Made by a program: the position numbers and the translations under genes. The notes beneath the pieces are model-generated. The model saw only the letters and a program-made list of their open reading frames with translations. It searched no databases and was not told the origin of the DNA. From Gonapodya sp. JEL0774 (taxonomy: Eukaryota), in contig JADIIX010000093.1 in NCBI GenBank assembly GCA_027604505.1, positions 1 to 64,000 of the forward strand: 64,000 bases of DNA, read 5' to 3'. Positions 40,089 to 52,937 of this stretch are shown here, piece by piece (the stretch's first letter is position 1; each line of letters opens with the position of its first letter).

Positions 40089-40754
40089 TTGGAGCAGTTG
40101 AAACGTGAAAAAGACAATGTTCCACAGATGTCAAATTTTGTGAAGTTGATGTGAATATATTTGCGTGCCACTATGTAGGAGTTCCATTCACTGATCCGAT
40201 TTCCCTGGTGTGAAATACGAATGGGAGCGTGTATTACGTGTTGGTGGCAGGCTGTGTTCATCAATCAAGAGATCCTTATCTAAATAGTACTGGTAAATAT
40301 CGTGTTTGCGAATGAAAGGACTATCTGAATCTCCCATACGATTGAAGGTAAACCGCTACTGGTGCCTGTTACGCAGCTCGGTATCGTTAGAGGAGAGAGG
40401 TATGAAAATGGAAGAGAGTGTGTAATGTTTTTGAGGGGTCGTTTGTACCTACGGATGAATTGTTGGCAGGGACAGGGATGAGGAAACCACAAGCGACTTC
40501 AGACCGGAGAAGCAACTAGTGCGATTGAAGTGGAGACAAAAAAACCACTCTAGAAACGCGTCTCTGCTTTGTGCCGGGCTAAAAACCACGAATTTGGAAG
40601 TGGAGCGGAAGGATTGATGGTCTGGGAGACACCCAAAAGTCCACCTAGCCAGAAAATAATAAGAAGGGTTGGCTGAATTACGAGAATTCATTCGGCAGGA
40701 CCCTCCCGACTTATAATAATTATATCGTACGGACGAACGCATCCACGCGAAACT

Positions 40755-43643
40755 ATGACCGTGAGTTTGATGCGCGTGAATCTATGTGTTTCACGGTTTC
40801 TGGGAGAGCTGGTGTCTGGGAATGCTCGCCGGTTCAGACATGCAGGATTGAACGTTTCTGGCAGTAGCAGCCATCAGAGGGTACTCTTTTGCATGAGCAT
40901 TCCTTTGAGCTATTTACATTGTTGTACTCGTCTATTCGACCCTTCTCCCGCTCTACGTTCGACCGATTCATGTTCTGGTGTTTGGTTGATGGATGTGTCG
41001 ACAGGACCTCGTTGAAATCAGCCTCCCCACTGGCGACAAGACCAAGCTTCACACAGGATTGCTTATCAATGGTCAATTTGTGAAGAGCAAGAGTGGCAAA
41101 AAGGTACATCCCTGTTCAATCCTTCGTCGGGATTGGCACCGACTAACTCAACAGTTGTGGTCCAGTTCCCCTCCGTCAATCCGAGTGAGAATATGATCGA
41201 GTTGTTCATGTAACTCAGGAACTCACTATGTGCTATGTTGTTTTAAGCCACTGGAAAGGTCATTTGCGAGGTCGAAGGTGCGCGAGATGTTGCCATGTTC
41301 GGTGTCGCGTCAACCCAAGTCTCACCACTTGTCCCTCCACTTTCAGAGGCCGAAAAGTCCGATGTTGACGATGCCGTAAGGGCAGCAAAGGCAGCCTACA
41401 AGACTTGGCGCTCAGTGGACGGTGCCGAGCGCGGGAAACTCCTGTTCAAGCTTGCGGATGCCATGGAAGCGAACGCTAAGATCATCGCGGCGGTCGAGAC
41501 ATTGGACCAAGGCAAGCTCTTTGGTGCCAACGTGGGCCACGTCTCGTCTGCAGCTGCGACCATCCGGTACTTTGGAGGTTTCGCGGACAAGATTCAGGGC
41601 AAGACCATGATGGACACGGACAAGGTGAAACGTCCCTTTCGAGTAGTTCGACATCGATTTCAATACCGTAACCTCGAACATCTTTTTGTACAGTTCTTCA
41701 ACTTCACTCGTCACGAGGCGTATGGTGTGGTACGTGCCGTTGAAAGCTTCGGAACAGACGCCTGATCTCTCAACTAGCGCCCGATGGGTGTTTGGTATCC
41801 TTTTCCTCCCACGTCCTTGCCGTTCTCCCAATTAGACTGCCGGTATTATCCCATGTGAGCGAGCATTGCAACTACCCGGCCCGTTGTGTCTCGAATTCTT
41901 CTCATGTCCCCCTTCATTGTCATGTGTCTAATAGGGAACTACCCCCTCGACATGTGGGCGATGAAAGTCGGCCCTGCGATCGCATGCGGTGTGAGTTCTT
42001 GGTATGAAACGCTTGGAAGTTGTGAAGACACACCAAACCCGTGACCCTCTCCCACCTTATCAGAACGTGATCATCATCAAGACTTCGGAGAAGACCCCGC
42101 TCACCGGTCTGATGCTTGGTGCCTTGGCCAAGGAAGTCGGGTTCCCAGATGTGAGTTGAGCCACGTGGCCGCTGAATACATCGAAAGCCCAAAATCATGT
42201 CAAACCGCTCGGTTCTAAACACAGGGTGTCGTCCAAGTTCTGAGCGGGTGAGTTCAAAATTGAAGTTGAGCAATCAGCAGCTGGTGAACATCGAATCGCA
42301 CTCCAGATTTGGACCGACCTGCGGACAAGCACGTAAGTGAAGTGTGGAAGATCTCAGACGCAAGAACAGTTTCTCATCTCACTGATGTGACAACTGTACC
42401 CCCGTATGTCTGTTCAGTCGCGGAACACCCGGACATCTCGAAACGTGAGAGTGAACCCCGGACGACTGGTCCGTGCGTAGTGGCTGATTGGTGGTGTGAC
42501 CCTTGACAGTTGCCTTCACTGGTTCTGGCCGCACCGGGCGGCGCATATTGGAGACGGCTTCCAAAACCAACCTCAAGAAGATCTCTCTTGAACTTGGCGG
42601 CAAATCCCCAGCGGTCGTTTTCGATGACGCAAACCTCGATGTTGCGGTCGGTCACCGTGAGTGATATGTAGTGTCCCAGATATCAAGATACGCCAGAAGA
42701 AAAAAGAAACTTAATGGACAACGTTTGCACGCAGTGGCCGGCACTTTCTTCTACAACAACGCTCAGACGGTGAGATTGGCTCCATACTTAATTGATCACC
42801 CGTTTTCATGTTCTGACAGTCGTCCTCTTGATTCAGTGCGTCGCCGCGTCTCGGATCTACGTTCAAAAATCCGTCGCCGATGCTTTCACTGCGAAGTTCA
42901 CCGCAGCTGCGCAAGCCATCAAGATCGGCAGTCCGTTCGAGGAGGGTGTCACACAAGGACCGATCATTGACGACTTACAGTGAGTGACAAATATCTCACA
43001 TGTCTCATTATCAACTGTGCTGCGAACTCATAATATCATGAACGCAGGTTCAACCAAGTACTGAGGTACATCGACGCCGGCTCAAAAGAGGGAAAGTTGG
43101 AAATCGGTGGCAAGAAAGTCGACGGTGACGGATACTTTATCGAGCCCACCATTTTCTCCAACGTGCCGGAGCACTCCAAAATCATGGCCGAGGAAATTTT
43201 CGGACCCGGTAAATTTGAGGTTTTGAGTGCGACAAAAGTCCAGTGGAGCATGCTCACTTCTTGCTGTCCCGTCCTTGTCTATTCTCTGCGATGAAGTCGT
43301 TTGCATCAACACTTTTGAGACCGAAGAAGAGGTTATCGCTCGTGCGAACAACACCACATTTGTAAGTGATGGCCACGTGTTGTCCATATGAACAATCAGA
43401 TTGATTTATTGATTTGGTCACCCTGAATAGGGTCTCGCCGCCGGTGTGTTCACAAAAGACCTGACCCGCGCTATCCGAGTGTCCTCGGCACTCGAAGCTG
43501 GCACCATCTGGGTGAACCAGTACATGAACATCACCCCGCAAGCACCTTTTGGTGGATACAAAGAGTCTGGCCAGGGGAGGGAACTCGGCGAAGATGCGTT
43601 GAGAGAGTGGACCCAGGTGAAGTCCGTCAAGGTGGCAATGTAG
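40755..43643 (+). CDS. NAD(P)+-dependent aldehyde dehydrogenase, tandem copy B (18 coding exons)
   Basis: Same motifs and mostly identical intron positions as copy A. First coding exon inferred as ATGACC (40755-40760). Stop at 43641-43643. Confidence 0.93.
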
Positions 43644-44820
43644 AGAGCTTACAGACTCCGCTATTTGTATGACGTTCGTGTATCCAGTCATCCGCGAGTA
43701 CATGATTGCGTTGTAGTTTCATCTTATTACAGTCATTGTAGCGAATTCCCTCTTGATGTGCCTTCCCTACAATAACGCATCCATGGTTGCTGGCGAACCT
43801 ACTTCGTCTCATGTCACAAGGTTTCGCGCTCTCTTATATTATACTGAACGATATCGTTCACTGTATGTATCGGTAGTGGTATTTCTCAGACACTTTGAAA
43901 ATGCTCGATATGCGACTACTCCCTCTGCTACGAGTTGCAGACCACATGCCTGCGAGCATTAAGAGTTTCTGTACTAATATTTGCAGCATGAACAACAATG
44001 CATTTCCAGCGTGCACCAAGTTGTGGGGGCGCTGATCTGAGCTGATCTGGATCTGCACAGTCATGACCCCACACGGGGTCCTGGGTTCACCTCACCCAAC
44101 CGGTTATTGGTCGACCGCCCTTCCCCCTCATGGTGGCTGAAGATCGCTCACATTTCATGTAACGACTCAAACCCAGAATCTCAGACAACTTTGCCCATTA
44201 TTACTCATCCTGCGGCTCCCCTCGGGGCCAATTGCCGGTCCGCCAAGCAACGTTGCAAATCTGGAGCGTAAGCAGAAACTGAGCAGAGATAAACAAAATT
44301 GATGACGGTAGAATTCGGCAGTCCTGTCTCAAAATTCGTGCACATCTGAGGGTCAGAGTGTTTGTTTGCATGGGGCGAGCCCACGCGAATCCGCAACTCA
44401 CTCCATGTGTTTCCAACACCGAAGGTGAACTACCAGATTATAACAGCACGAATCACGATGTATGATTTGACTCGACGTAAAATGTCAATGCCTTCCGTCC
44501 GGCAACGCTTCATCCAGTTGCAAATGATGATCAAATGCGACCGTCAGAAGCCAAAGGCCGGCCAGAAATAATGACATGCAGGGTTGTGAAGAAACAATAT
44601 CAGACTAGAAACATGTAGTGACCTTGGCAGCGGTCGAGTTCTACAGAAGAACAGTGGGGCAACGAGACCCCTTCGCCAGATCTGGGACAAGTGATGCGGC
44701 ATTAAGGATGTTGCACACGCCGCACTAAAAACGAACTCCCAAGATCCCAGAGATTTTCCCACTCGAACCTTCTGCCCGCTTCCCACCAACGTCGATTCTG
44801 CACGCTTCGCATCCCCATCA

Positions 44821-45888
44821 ATGGTTTCTTTTTTGGCCGAATCGAGTCGCTCGTTTTGGAGCACCGTCGCCACCACGCTGCTCCTCGCCACTTTCGCGGC
44901 AGGGGTAAACGCGGAGGTTCGCCAGAAGACAGGCGGGGTCGCTGGAAACTCGTGTAAGTGGACGATTCGATAGCAATCGTACTCCTCTCGGGGGGGTTTG
45001 GCTGAACTGCGTGTGCACCCGATATTATACTGACTGTCGCACTCTCCGGACATTCTCACAACAGTCATCGTGGGTGGCCAGGCCGTCGACATCAACTTAT
45101 ATCCCTACGTATCATACCTGGTATCGGCAAAAACCAGCCCCACGACGGGAAAAGTGCTCACATCGTCGTCCTGCACGGGGTCTCTTATCCAGAATGCACC
45201 AGTCCCCGTCATTCTTACCGCGGGCCATTGTGGAAACCCCAACGATGGCAACAACATTCGACGTGCCTTTGTCGGAGCAGCTACCATGCTCACGTCGTGT
45301 CTCAATCAGCCAACGTGTCGGCAGATGAACGTCACCAAGGTCATTGTCAACCCCAACTTCACGGGTCTCCTGCCCGGCAACAACGGTGTCGACGTGACCG
45401 GCAATGACGCTGCGCTCTGGGTTCTTGCACCCTTGAACGAGACCCGCCCGATCACAGACATACCCCCCGTACCCATGAACACGGATCCTGCCATCCCAGC
45501 CGTCGGGGACTTTTCCAACGCCATTGGATGGGGTCTCACCAACGTAGGCGGTATCACGGGCAATCAAACAACACCAGACACTCTCCAAGGCGTCACACTC
45601 TTCGCCAACAACAACTTCGACTGCGAGTGGTTCTTTGGACTCGCAACCACGACCCGTACCAAAATCGGCTGCATCATGGGAGGCGTGAACACCGCGGGCG
45701 TACAAACCGCTGTCTGCCAGGGCGATTCTGGAGGCCCCCACCTTGTCGGTGGCTTGCTGTGGGGCATCACGAGTTTTGGGCCCAACCCCTGCGACAAGCC
45801 AAACACCCCTGCCGTGGTGACCCGGGTCAGCGGTCAGACAGCTTGGATTCAGACAGCGTTAGCCCAGATTAACGCAGGCCAGATTTAG
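44821..45888 (+). CDS. Secreted S1A (trypsin/chymotrypsin-fold) serine protease
   Basis: Signal peptide, one intron at about 44954-45064, then F-IVGG activation site and triad motifs LTAGHC, NDAAL and GDSGGP. Confidence 0.92.
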
Positions 45889-46678
45889 AAGCGGGACATT
45901 GTGTGGCTAGGGAGCTGGGCCGGCGCGGGCGCCGTTGTTGGGATGGCTGTGGCGGGGTCGAGCTATGGAACGCGGGGATTGTATGTACATAGGGGAAGAT
46001 GCTCTTTTATTGCATTGGCATGGCATTGTTTATGATTGATGTAATTGATTCGATACCACTTATTGCGAGCGTGCGGTCTGCAGAACGGCACGTCGTCCTT
46101 CTCAATGTGATTCAGACCCACCCTGTTCTGTATATTCTCCTTCGTCGACGCCAAACCGAACGCATTCAAGGGAACTTATAATAGCAACTACATAAGTAAG
46201 CCCACATTTGGCCGCTCGGCATTGCTGTGAATGTTCCGCTGCAGCAAGGAAAAACCCAATTTTGATCGGGACTGGACGACACCCGTTCTTGCAAACGACA
46301 CACAAAGATCCCATTCAACTACATGCATATGTGGAGATGAGTATCAGAAACACACGAAGTAGATGGCTCGTCGGCTGTCGCCGTTCTTTCCACTGACAGG
46401 TTCACATCTTCCATTGTGTTGACTGGCGACTGAAAACACAATTTTCTCGAGTTTTACAGAACTTGAAAATGAAAACCTTTTGTATGTGATAATGTCGATC
46501 GGAACGCACGGTCGGCAATACCATCTTGTGTCCCCTCACTGCAGATCACTCGCCCTATCGAAGCACCCGCCTTCGTTATGAACCCACTTGCCCCAATTGG
46601 GCATTTTAAAACCCCAGTGTCACCGTTCATCGTATTCCGTTTGATTCGAATCTTCTGAGCAACCGTCTTTTTAGTTCC

Positions 46679-47566
46679 ATGTCCAGCACACCCGGGAAGA
46701 CGGTGACGACTGCGCTGGTGGCGATTCCTCCATCGAGACTCTGGAAGGGCATCCAAGAGATCCGATCCAAGAGGGATAAAGCTTTTCAGCGATGGTGAGT
46801 TCGATCGGTGTGAAGTTCAGGGTGGGCAATTAAGAACTTTCCAATGCCATCGCTCTCCATCCCGGCACCACTGCCGTTTACAGGCCCCCTCATATCAACC
46901 TCCTCTATCCATTCGTTCCGCTAGCTGACTTCACTAGTGCGGCAGAGAGGATTCGAGAAGCGCTCCGGGACGCGGAACCTTTCCGCGTGAACCTCAACGG
47001 AGTGGGCAGTTTTGGGCACGGGAAGTCGGCGGTAAGTCAACATGGTTGCATTTGAAGGGTCCCTTCCGACCTTTGCATTGACCACGGACGTGGAACGTCG
47101 CATCCAGACCCTCTTTCTCGATTCTCTACCGGACAGTCTCACTGCTACCCCTCTCGTCGCCCTCCAATCCAAACTTTTCGCCCTGTTCCCGCACTGTACG
47201 GATCTCTCCTCCCGCGAATCTGGATTTCGACCACACCTGACTCTCGGCCAGGTTGGTCTCTTTGGTGGGCAGAAGAAGGTCCGGGAAACCATCGAGCGTG
47301 CCGAACGGGACTTTACAACTATGTGGAGTCAAGGACCGGCCCAGGGTGCGCTGGACTGGGAGGTGGACCGTGTATACCTCATTGCGAGGAGTGAGACCGA
47401 TAAGAGCGTGGCATTCGAAGTGATGGAGGAGGTGGTGTTTGGAGGCAAACACGACGAGGACGTGGTGCGACAAGTTTGGCCCAGGAAGTATGTGGCGATG
47501 GGAGATAGCGAACAAACTATGGAAAATACGATCGTTGGTGCTGGATCGTCTGCTCCAGCGGTGTAG
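46679..47566 (+). CDS. 2H phosphoesterase / 2'-5' RNA ligase superfamily protein (LENG9-like)
   Basis: TALVAIPP..W..IQEIRSKRDKAFQRW|PPHINLLYPF and FRPHLTLGQ give the two H-x-(T/N) motifs. Two introns. Confidence 0.8.
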
Positions 47567-47914
47567 TGTTTGTCAGCAGAAGGTGGACTACTTCAAGTTT
47601 ATGGTGGACGTACATAAAAATGAATGTGTATGAGTACGCAATTATCATACTTCTTACCCGACGCCATTCACTTTGTGATACATGGGATGCTCTCCGGAAG
47701 CTATGGTACATGATCCATTTATGGGGGTTCGGCCACAAGCCGAAGAGTTCCTCGCTGCTTGCATAGTCGAAAGCAATCGCTTCAATGTGAGTACAAAATA
47801 ATATTAAACGTTTGCAGTGTCGAACTAGAAGAAACGTTGAAACTTTTCGCATGCAGTTCACGAGCAAGCGACCATTGCTGGAAGTCCCATAGAGCCTCAT
47901 CTCACGCCCGATAT

Positions 47915-49269
47915 TCAGTTCGCCTCCTCCAAACCATATCTCTTTCGCCTTGCATCCGCGAGGCCTTCTCCGATCGCATCCCCTGTCCCTCCTTTGACGA
48001 GCTCTCTCCTCACCACCTCGAACCATCCCATCTCCGTCAAAATATTGTCCTTCACATCCGCGACGAGGTTGAACGTTGGGTAAGTCACAGTCCCATCCAG
48101 TTGACCAAACTGGTCGAACACGAGGACTGCTGTCGACACGGGTTCTTCGTCGGGGTCAGCATGTGTGTGTCCTCGGCGGGAACTGTGCTGGAGGGATGAG
48201 CGGGTTATGCCAGAGTGAGCGGCAGAGGAGAAGGAAGGATGCTCGTGTTCGAGAGGGTTTGTCGCGAGGTAGACGAGGATGGACAGAAGGTGGGCGGGAA
48301 GGAGGTCTGGAATGACGGCGGGGCGGCAGAGACATACGAGAAACACGGGCGAGCGGTAAAGTCTTTGTAAGAACACCAGATAGCTGGGGGACTTCGCATG
48401 TTCCGCAGCTATTCGCTTCCTCCTGCTTGAATTCAGGTACACCCATCTTTTCTGATCACTGCGCATTTCCAAATCTGCCCGATTCTCATTAGGCATGTTG
48501 TCCAACGTGCCCTTGATCTTCGTGCACGCCGCTGATCGCCCCTTTGAAAACTCACTCTTCACTCCGAGTCGCTCCCCTAAGCGGACTAATAATTCTCTAT
48601 CAACTTGCATCATAGGTGTTTGTCCGCCAGTGGGATCCCACTCTTCCCCTCCTTCAAGTAAAACGAGTGGCCCTCCATCGTCGTCCTGAATTGTCCCAAC
48701 ATCATCTCCCAGAGGGGGCAGTCCATTCCACACCGTGATCCTTCCCCAGAATCCCGCGACAGAGTCGTCCATTGAGCAAGACATGACGGTATAGAGGAAT
48801 GTGACGCCGAGCTCGGGCTTCTCCGCGGGGTGCACTGAAAAGGCGATTGCAGCACGGCGGACATCCAGGGGGTGGTAGAAAAACTGGTTTGACGAGCCGG
48901 GAAATGCGGGCATTCTACGGCAACACGAGGCAGTAACAGTGTTATCACGATGTGAATCTTTTCGCACTTCGGACCGAGAGATAAAACCAAAAAGGCCCTT
49001 CTATTCATTCCTTTCACCATGCACACCCACTCTTCAACCTCCTGGGCGTCCCCAACCACTCCGATATAGTATTTGAGATTGTCCACCAAGTTCTCCACCT
49101 CGTCTAGAAGGCCTTTCCGTTCGTCTTCCGACCAGTGCGGGTTCTTTTCGGATGCCAATAAGTCGCCGGCAATGAATGCTCTCATTCTTCCACGAACTGC
49201 GGCAGCGTTTGGTGTTCGGGAGGCCGGATAAATGTCCAAGTCAGAAGGAGCAAATCGAGGGGGCGCCAT
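47915..49269 (-). CDS. Hypothetical protein (2 exons)
   Basis: ORFs 48610-49269 and 47915-48967 join through a short GT-AG intron at about 48915-48967. No family recognised. Confidence 0.6.
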
Positions 49270-49450
49270 AGCCGGATCGAGAGAAGAGGAAGGGTGATGC
49301 GTTTAGCAAGGAGAAGTTGTTTTTAGATCGACGTGCCTCATGGCACATATGTATCGGCTGCCGGAGAACCCATTTACAACAGCCCTGTTAGCGATATTGC
49401 AACCTACACACGTACTCTAAACTCTAATAGATTGTAACGTGAACAGTCCC

Positions 49451-51223
49451 TCAATCGTGCAGACCGACGACGCCTTCTTTTGCCAGTGCTTCGATCTTGG
49501 ACTTATCATACCCCAAAAGCTCTTCAAGGACTTCGCTCGTATGCTCACCAAGACGAGGCGGTGGGCGTCGAATGGTCGGCGGGGTGCCCGAATAGTTGAT
49601 GGGGGGGCCTGGAATTGCCGTTTGACATAATGCCAAAGCATGAGTGGAAAAAACAGTCGCCGCAAGAGCCCAGAATGATTGTATCTCACCGACAACTTTC
49701 AACGGCCCATAAGGGTGCTCTATTTCTCGCACTACTCCTGAGTGTTTCACCTGCTCGTGAGCAAAAGTTTGCTCAATGTTGTTGACGGGTGCGTACACGA
49801 ATTGAACCCGCTCCTTCTCAAATAGATCAAGCCATTCTTGAGTGGTCTTGGACTGGAAAATGTCGGTAAGCATGGGGATCAGGGTATCCCTGTTCTTTAC
49901 GCGGGCTTGGTTGTCGGAATATCGAGGATCTTCAATAAGGTGTTCCAATCCCACGAGTCGCAAGAATGCCAAAAACATGTGGTTACTAGGTAAACCAATG
50001 ATGATTGTGCTGTCCTTTGTGGGAAACCCTTGGTAAGGAACAACATTTTCGTGGGCGGTTCCTCGACGAACGGCCTCGCGACCACCTATTAGGTAGTTAG
50101 AGGCAATGTTCGCAAGGGCAGAAGTCTGAAACATGCACCGAGCCGAGAGGATCCGATCGTGTTGGTAAGCGAGTTGAACAGCGGTTGGGATCTGTCTGAG
50201 TGCCTACCTGACATATGAGCAAACTAGCATCAATATGTTGTCCCCTCCCAGTAACATTCCTCGATAGTAACGCCGCCAAAATTGCACCATGAGCATATAG
50301 TCCCGTCGTGATATCTGTAATGGCCACGCCGACTTTTACGGGAGGCCGATCAGGTTCACCAGTGATGTGCATGAGGCCGCCTTCGCCCGAAATCTTTTCA
50401 ATGTCACCCACAATCAAAGAAAGATCAGTAGGGTCCGAGGGACACAGCTCAGGAGAAGGGAACGAGCCTCACCATCACATCGAACCCGCCTCGGTGCGAA
50501 TGTGGTCCCGTTTGGCCATAGCCTGTAATGGAGCAGTAGATAATACCTGGATTGACTTTGGATATCGACTCATAGTCAACTCCCCACTTTGCGAGAGAGC
50601 CTAACTCGGACGAAGGTTGAAATACGGAAGTTCAAACAGGAAATCGCATCGGATGAGTGTTTCAAGAGACTGCAACTCACCTGGGACATAGTTTTCCACC
50701 AAAATGTCGCACTCCTTTGCCAAATCTCGCAGTATTGCCTGAGCTTTTTCGTTTTTCAAGTTTAGCACGACGGATCGTTTGTTGCGATTCACACAGAGGA
50801 AGTAGGCAGCATCTTTTTCGCCTGTGACAGGATCCTGGGCAAAGGGCGGTCCCCATCGTCGGGTTTCTGGGATTGGTAACGAATGGCAGAAACGTGTCAT
50901 ACGGCATCAGATAGTGACGGATGGGTGATGGGGAACAAAAATGCTTCCGATAACACACCGTCACCAACTGGAGCTTCAATCTTCACGACGTCGGCTCCAA
51001 GATCGCCAAGCGCCTGTGTACAGAATGGGCCAGCGAGGATACGAGTCATATCCAGGATCCGGTACCCCTGCAGAGGCAATGGGAGCGGTGATGATTTATC
51101 GGACGATGTAGAGAAACGGCGTGCGGAGGGAAGCCGGGAGACCAGCCATCGAGAGGAGGGGTTTGAAGATGGTAGAGCGCGACTTAGGCACAAGAGGGAT
51201 TTGGTGAGTGCACGTGACGACAT
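49451..51223 (-). CDS. SUGCT: Family III CoA-transferase (CaiB/BaiF), succinate--hydroxymethylglutarate CoA-transferase-like, probably mitochondrial
   Basis: Arg/Ser-rich transit peptide, then [80 protein letters not shown] and PPPRLGEHT. Confidence 0.92.
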
Positions 51224-51491
51224 GATGGGGACGTAGAAATAAGTTGTGGGAAGAAAGGGGAATACACACATGCGCCGCCTCCTCCCCGCCCCACAGTGGC
51301 CCGTGTCCCCAGAGTCATTATAGGCACCCGGATACACCCAAACGAAAAGCATAATGTCGTGCTGCGTGTTAGCTCAGCTTGCTATCCAGCATGAGGTATA
51401 CACCGGGCGCATCATCAAACCAGCCGTTCCACGCCTGCGAGCCCCGATCTTTTCAAAGTGCCATTTGGTATTCATATATGCATCGAATACA

Positions 51492-52937
51492 TTAAAGTTC
51501 GTTACCAATGGTAACCCAGTTGCTCCGGAGATTGTTCCTTCTGCCGAATATTTCGAGCCACGGACCTTGACGAGGTGACAAATTGAGTTGACAGGTCGTG
51601 ACAGTCAAATAAGTCATCAAGCATTATCCAAAGCCATGAATTTCATATCAGAAGTCTCACCATTGGGAGCCAGTGATTCCGCAATATCGTAAATCTCTTC
51701 GGGTTTCTGACTTTGACCCCGGCGTAGGGCAAACACCGAGTCCGGCGGACGAGCTGAGTCGCACGGCGGAACATTGGCTTCCGGGTCTGGTGAAGTGATA
51801 CGCTGCGTCGCACGTTTGTGGAGTCAGCCAAGCGGATTGAGACTTCAACCATGACCAGCAAGAGGCACCACCTTTCGTCCCACAAGGCACGTCTCCTTGG
51901 CATGTTGCAGGTAGTACCCATGCCCTTTTGCTAACCTCCGCGTGACAGCAAGCTTAACCCAAGTGATGGTATCAATGAATCTGATCACAAAGAAGTTACG
52001 ACCACTGGGATGCCACAGCGCAGAGTCCCAAAATAGCAATGCAGAGACTTACTCGAGACCCCACTCCGCCAACTGTCTAATACCCCAACTCCATCTACTG
52101 TTCACGACCCATAAGAAGCAGAATCCACCTTCCCGCACAAGGTCGCCGATCGGGAGAGCAGCCACCTCATCATCTCGCACTGTTGCGTACGCGATCGCCA
52201 CACCCCGAGTCGGTGCATGAGATGAGAGTTGCCACGCGGGATCCAAAATCACGGCTGAAAATGGAGAGCCGTAAGCAGCAAGGGTCTGCAGTTCGGAGAA
52301 GGTGGGCGGAGAGGCAGTTAGTTCTCGACCTCCACTTTGAAATATATACCAGGACTCGGGACGCTCACACTCCAATCAAAGATCCGCACATCAGCTTTTA
52401 TGGCTGTAGAGTTGGCTGGTGCAACGAACACTATATATCACACCTACACCATGAGATTGACAGGTTGTAACACGTCGTTGTTCCAGACTCACATCCTCCC
52501 TCGGTCGCCGCCGGCCCTTCTTTTGCAAAACTAGAATCCAATTGATCCATATCCATGACTGTAGAAAATGTGCTTACTGGTGTGCTGTCTCTCTCTGTGC
52601 CAGTCGACGGAGTTTCCGTTGCTGCATTTGTCAATGTCGTTGCTTCACGTTTTCGTCTCTTCCGCGGTTCATGTTCACGATTATTCCCACTCCCCGCATC
52701 AGACTCTATCAAGGTATCGTTGTTGTAGCCGTTCTTGGGCTTCCGTGCCGATAATTGTCCCTCTCGAACGGTGGCAGCAACGTTTCGTATTTGGCGTTCA
52801 ATGTCCCAAATCTCTTGAGAGGTTCGATTAATTTCAGATAGAATATCAGCCTCTCGAGTACGAAGAGCATCAATGATCGGGTCATTTGAGAAAGCCAGCT
52901 CTAGATCCTCGGTCGGACTTTTCGGGTAAGAGGTCAT
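51492..52937 (-). CDS. AMT1: MT-A70 family N6-adenine DNA methyltransferase, AMT1/MTA1 clade; start codon tentative
   Basis: AIKADVRIFDW, ILDPAWQLSSHAPTRGVAIAY, FLWVVN, ITWVK..RRLAKGHGYYLQHAKETCLVG, RRGQSQKPEEIY and LEIFGRRNNLRSNWVTIGNEL*. These blocks match ciliate MTA1/AMT1 rather than METTL3, METTL14 or METTL4. Confidence 0.9.

Noticed and set aside
51501..51515. RFX X-box-like palindrome GTTACCAATGGTAAC upstream of SUGCT
   Set aside because: It lies in the AMT1 last exon and is explained by the conserved VTIGN codons.
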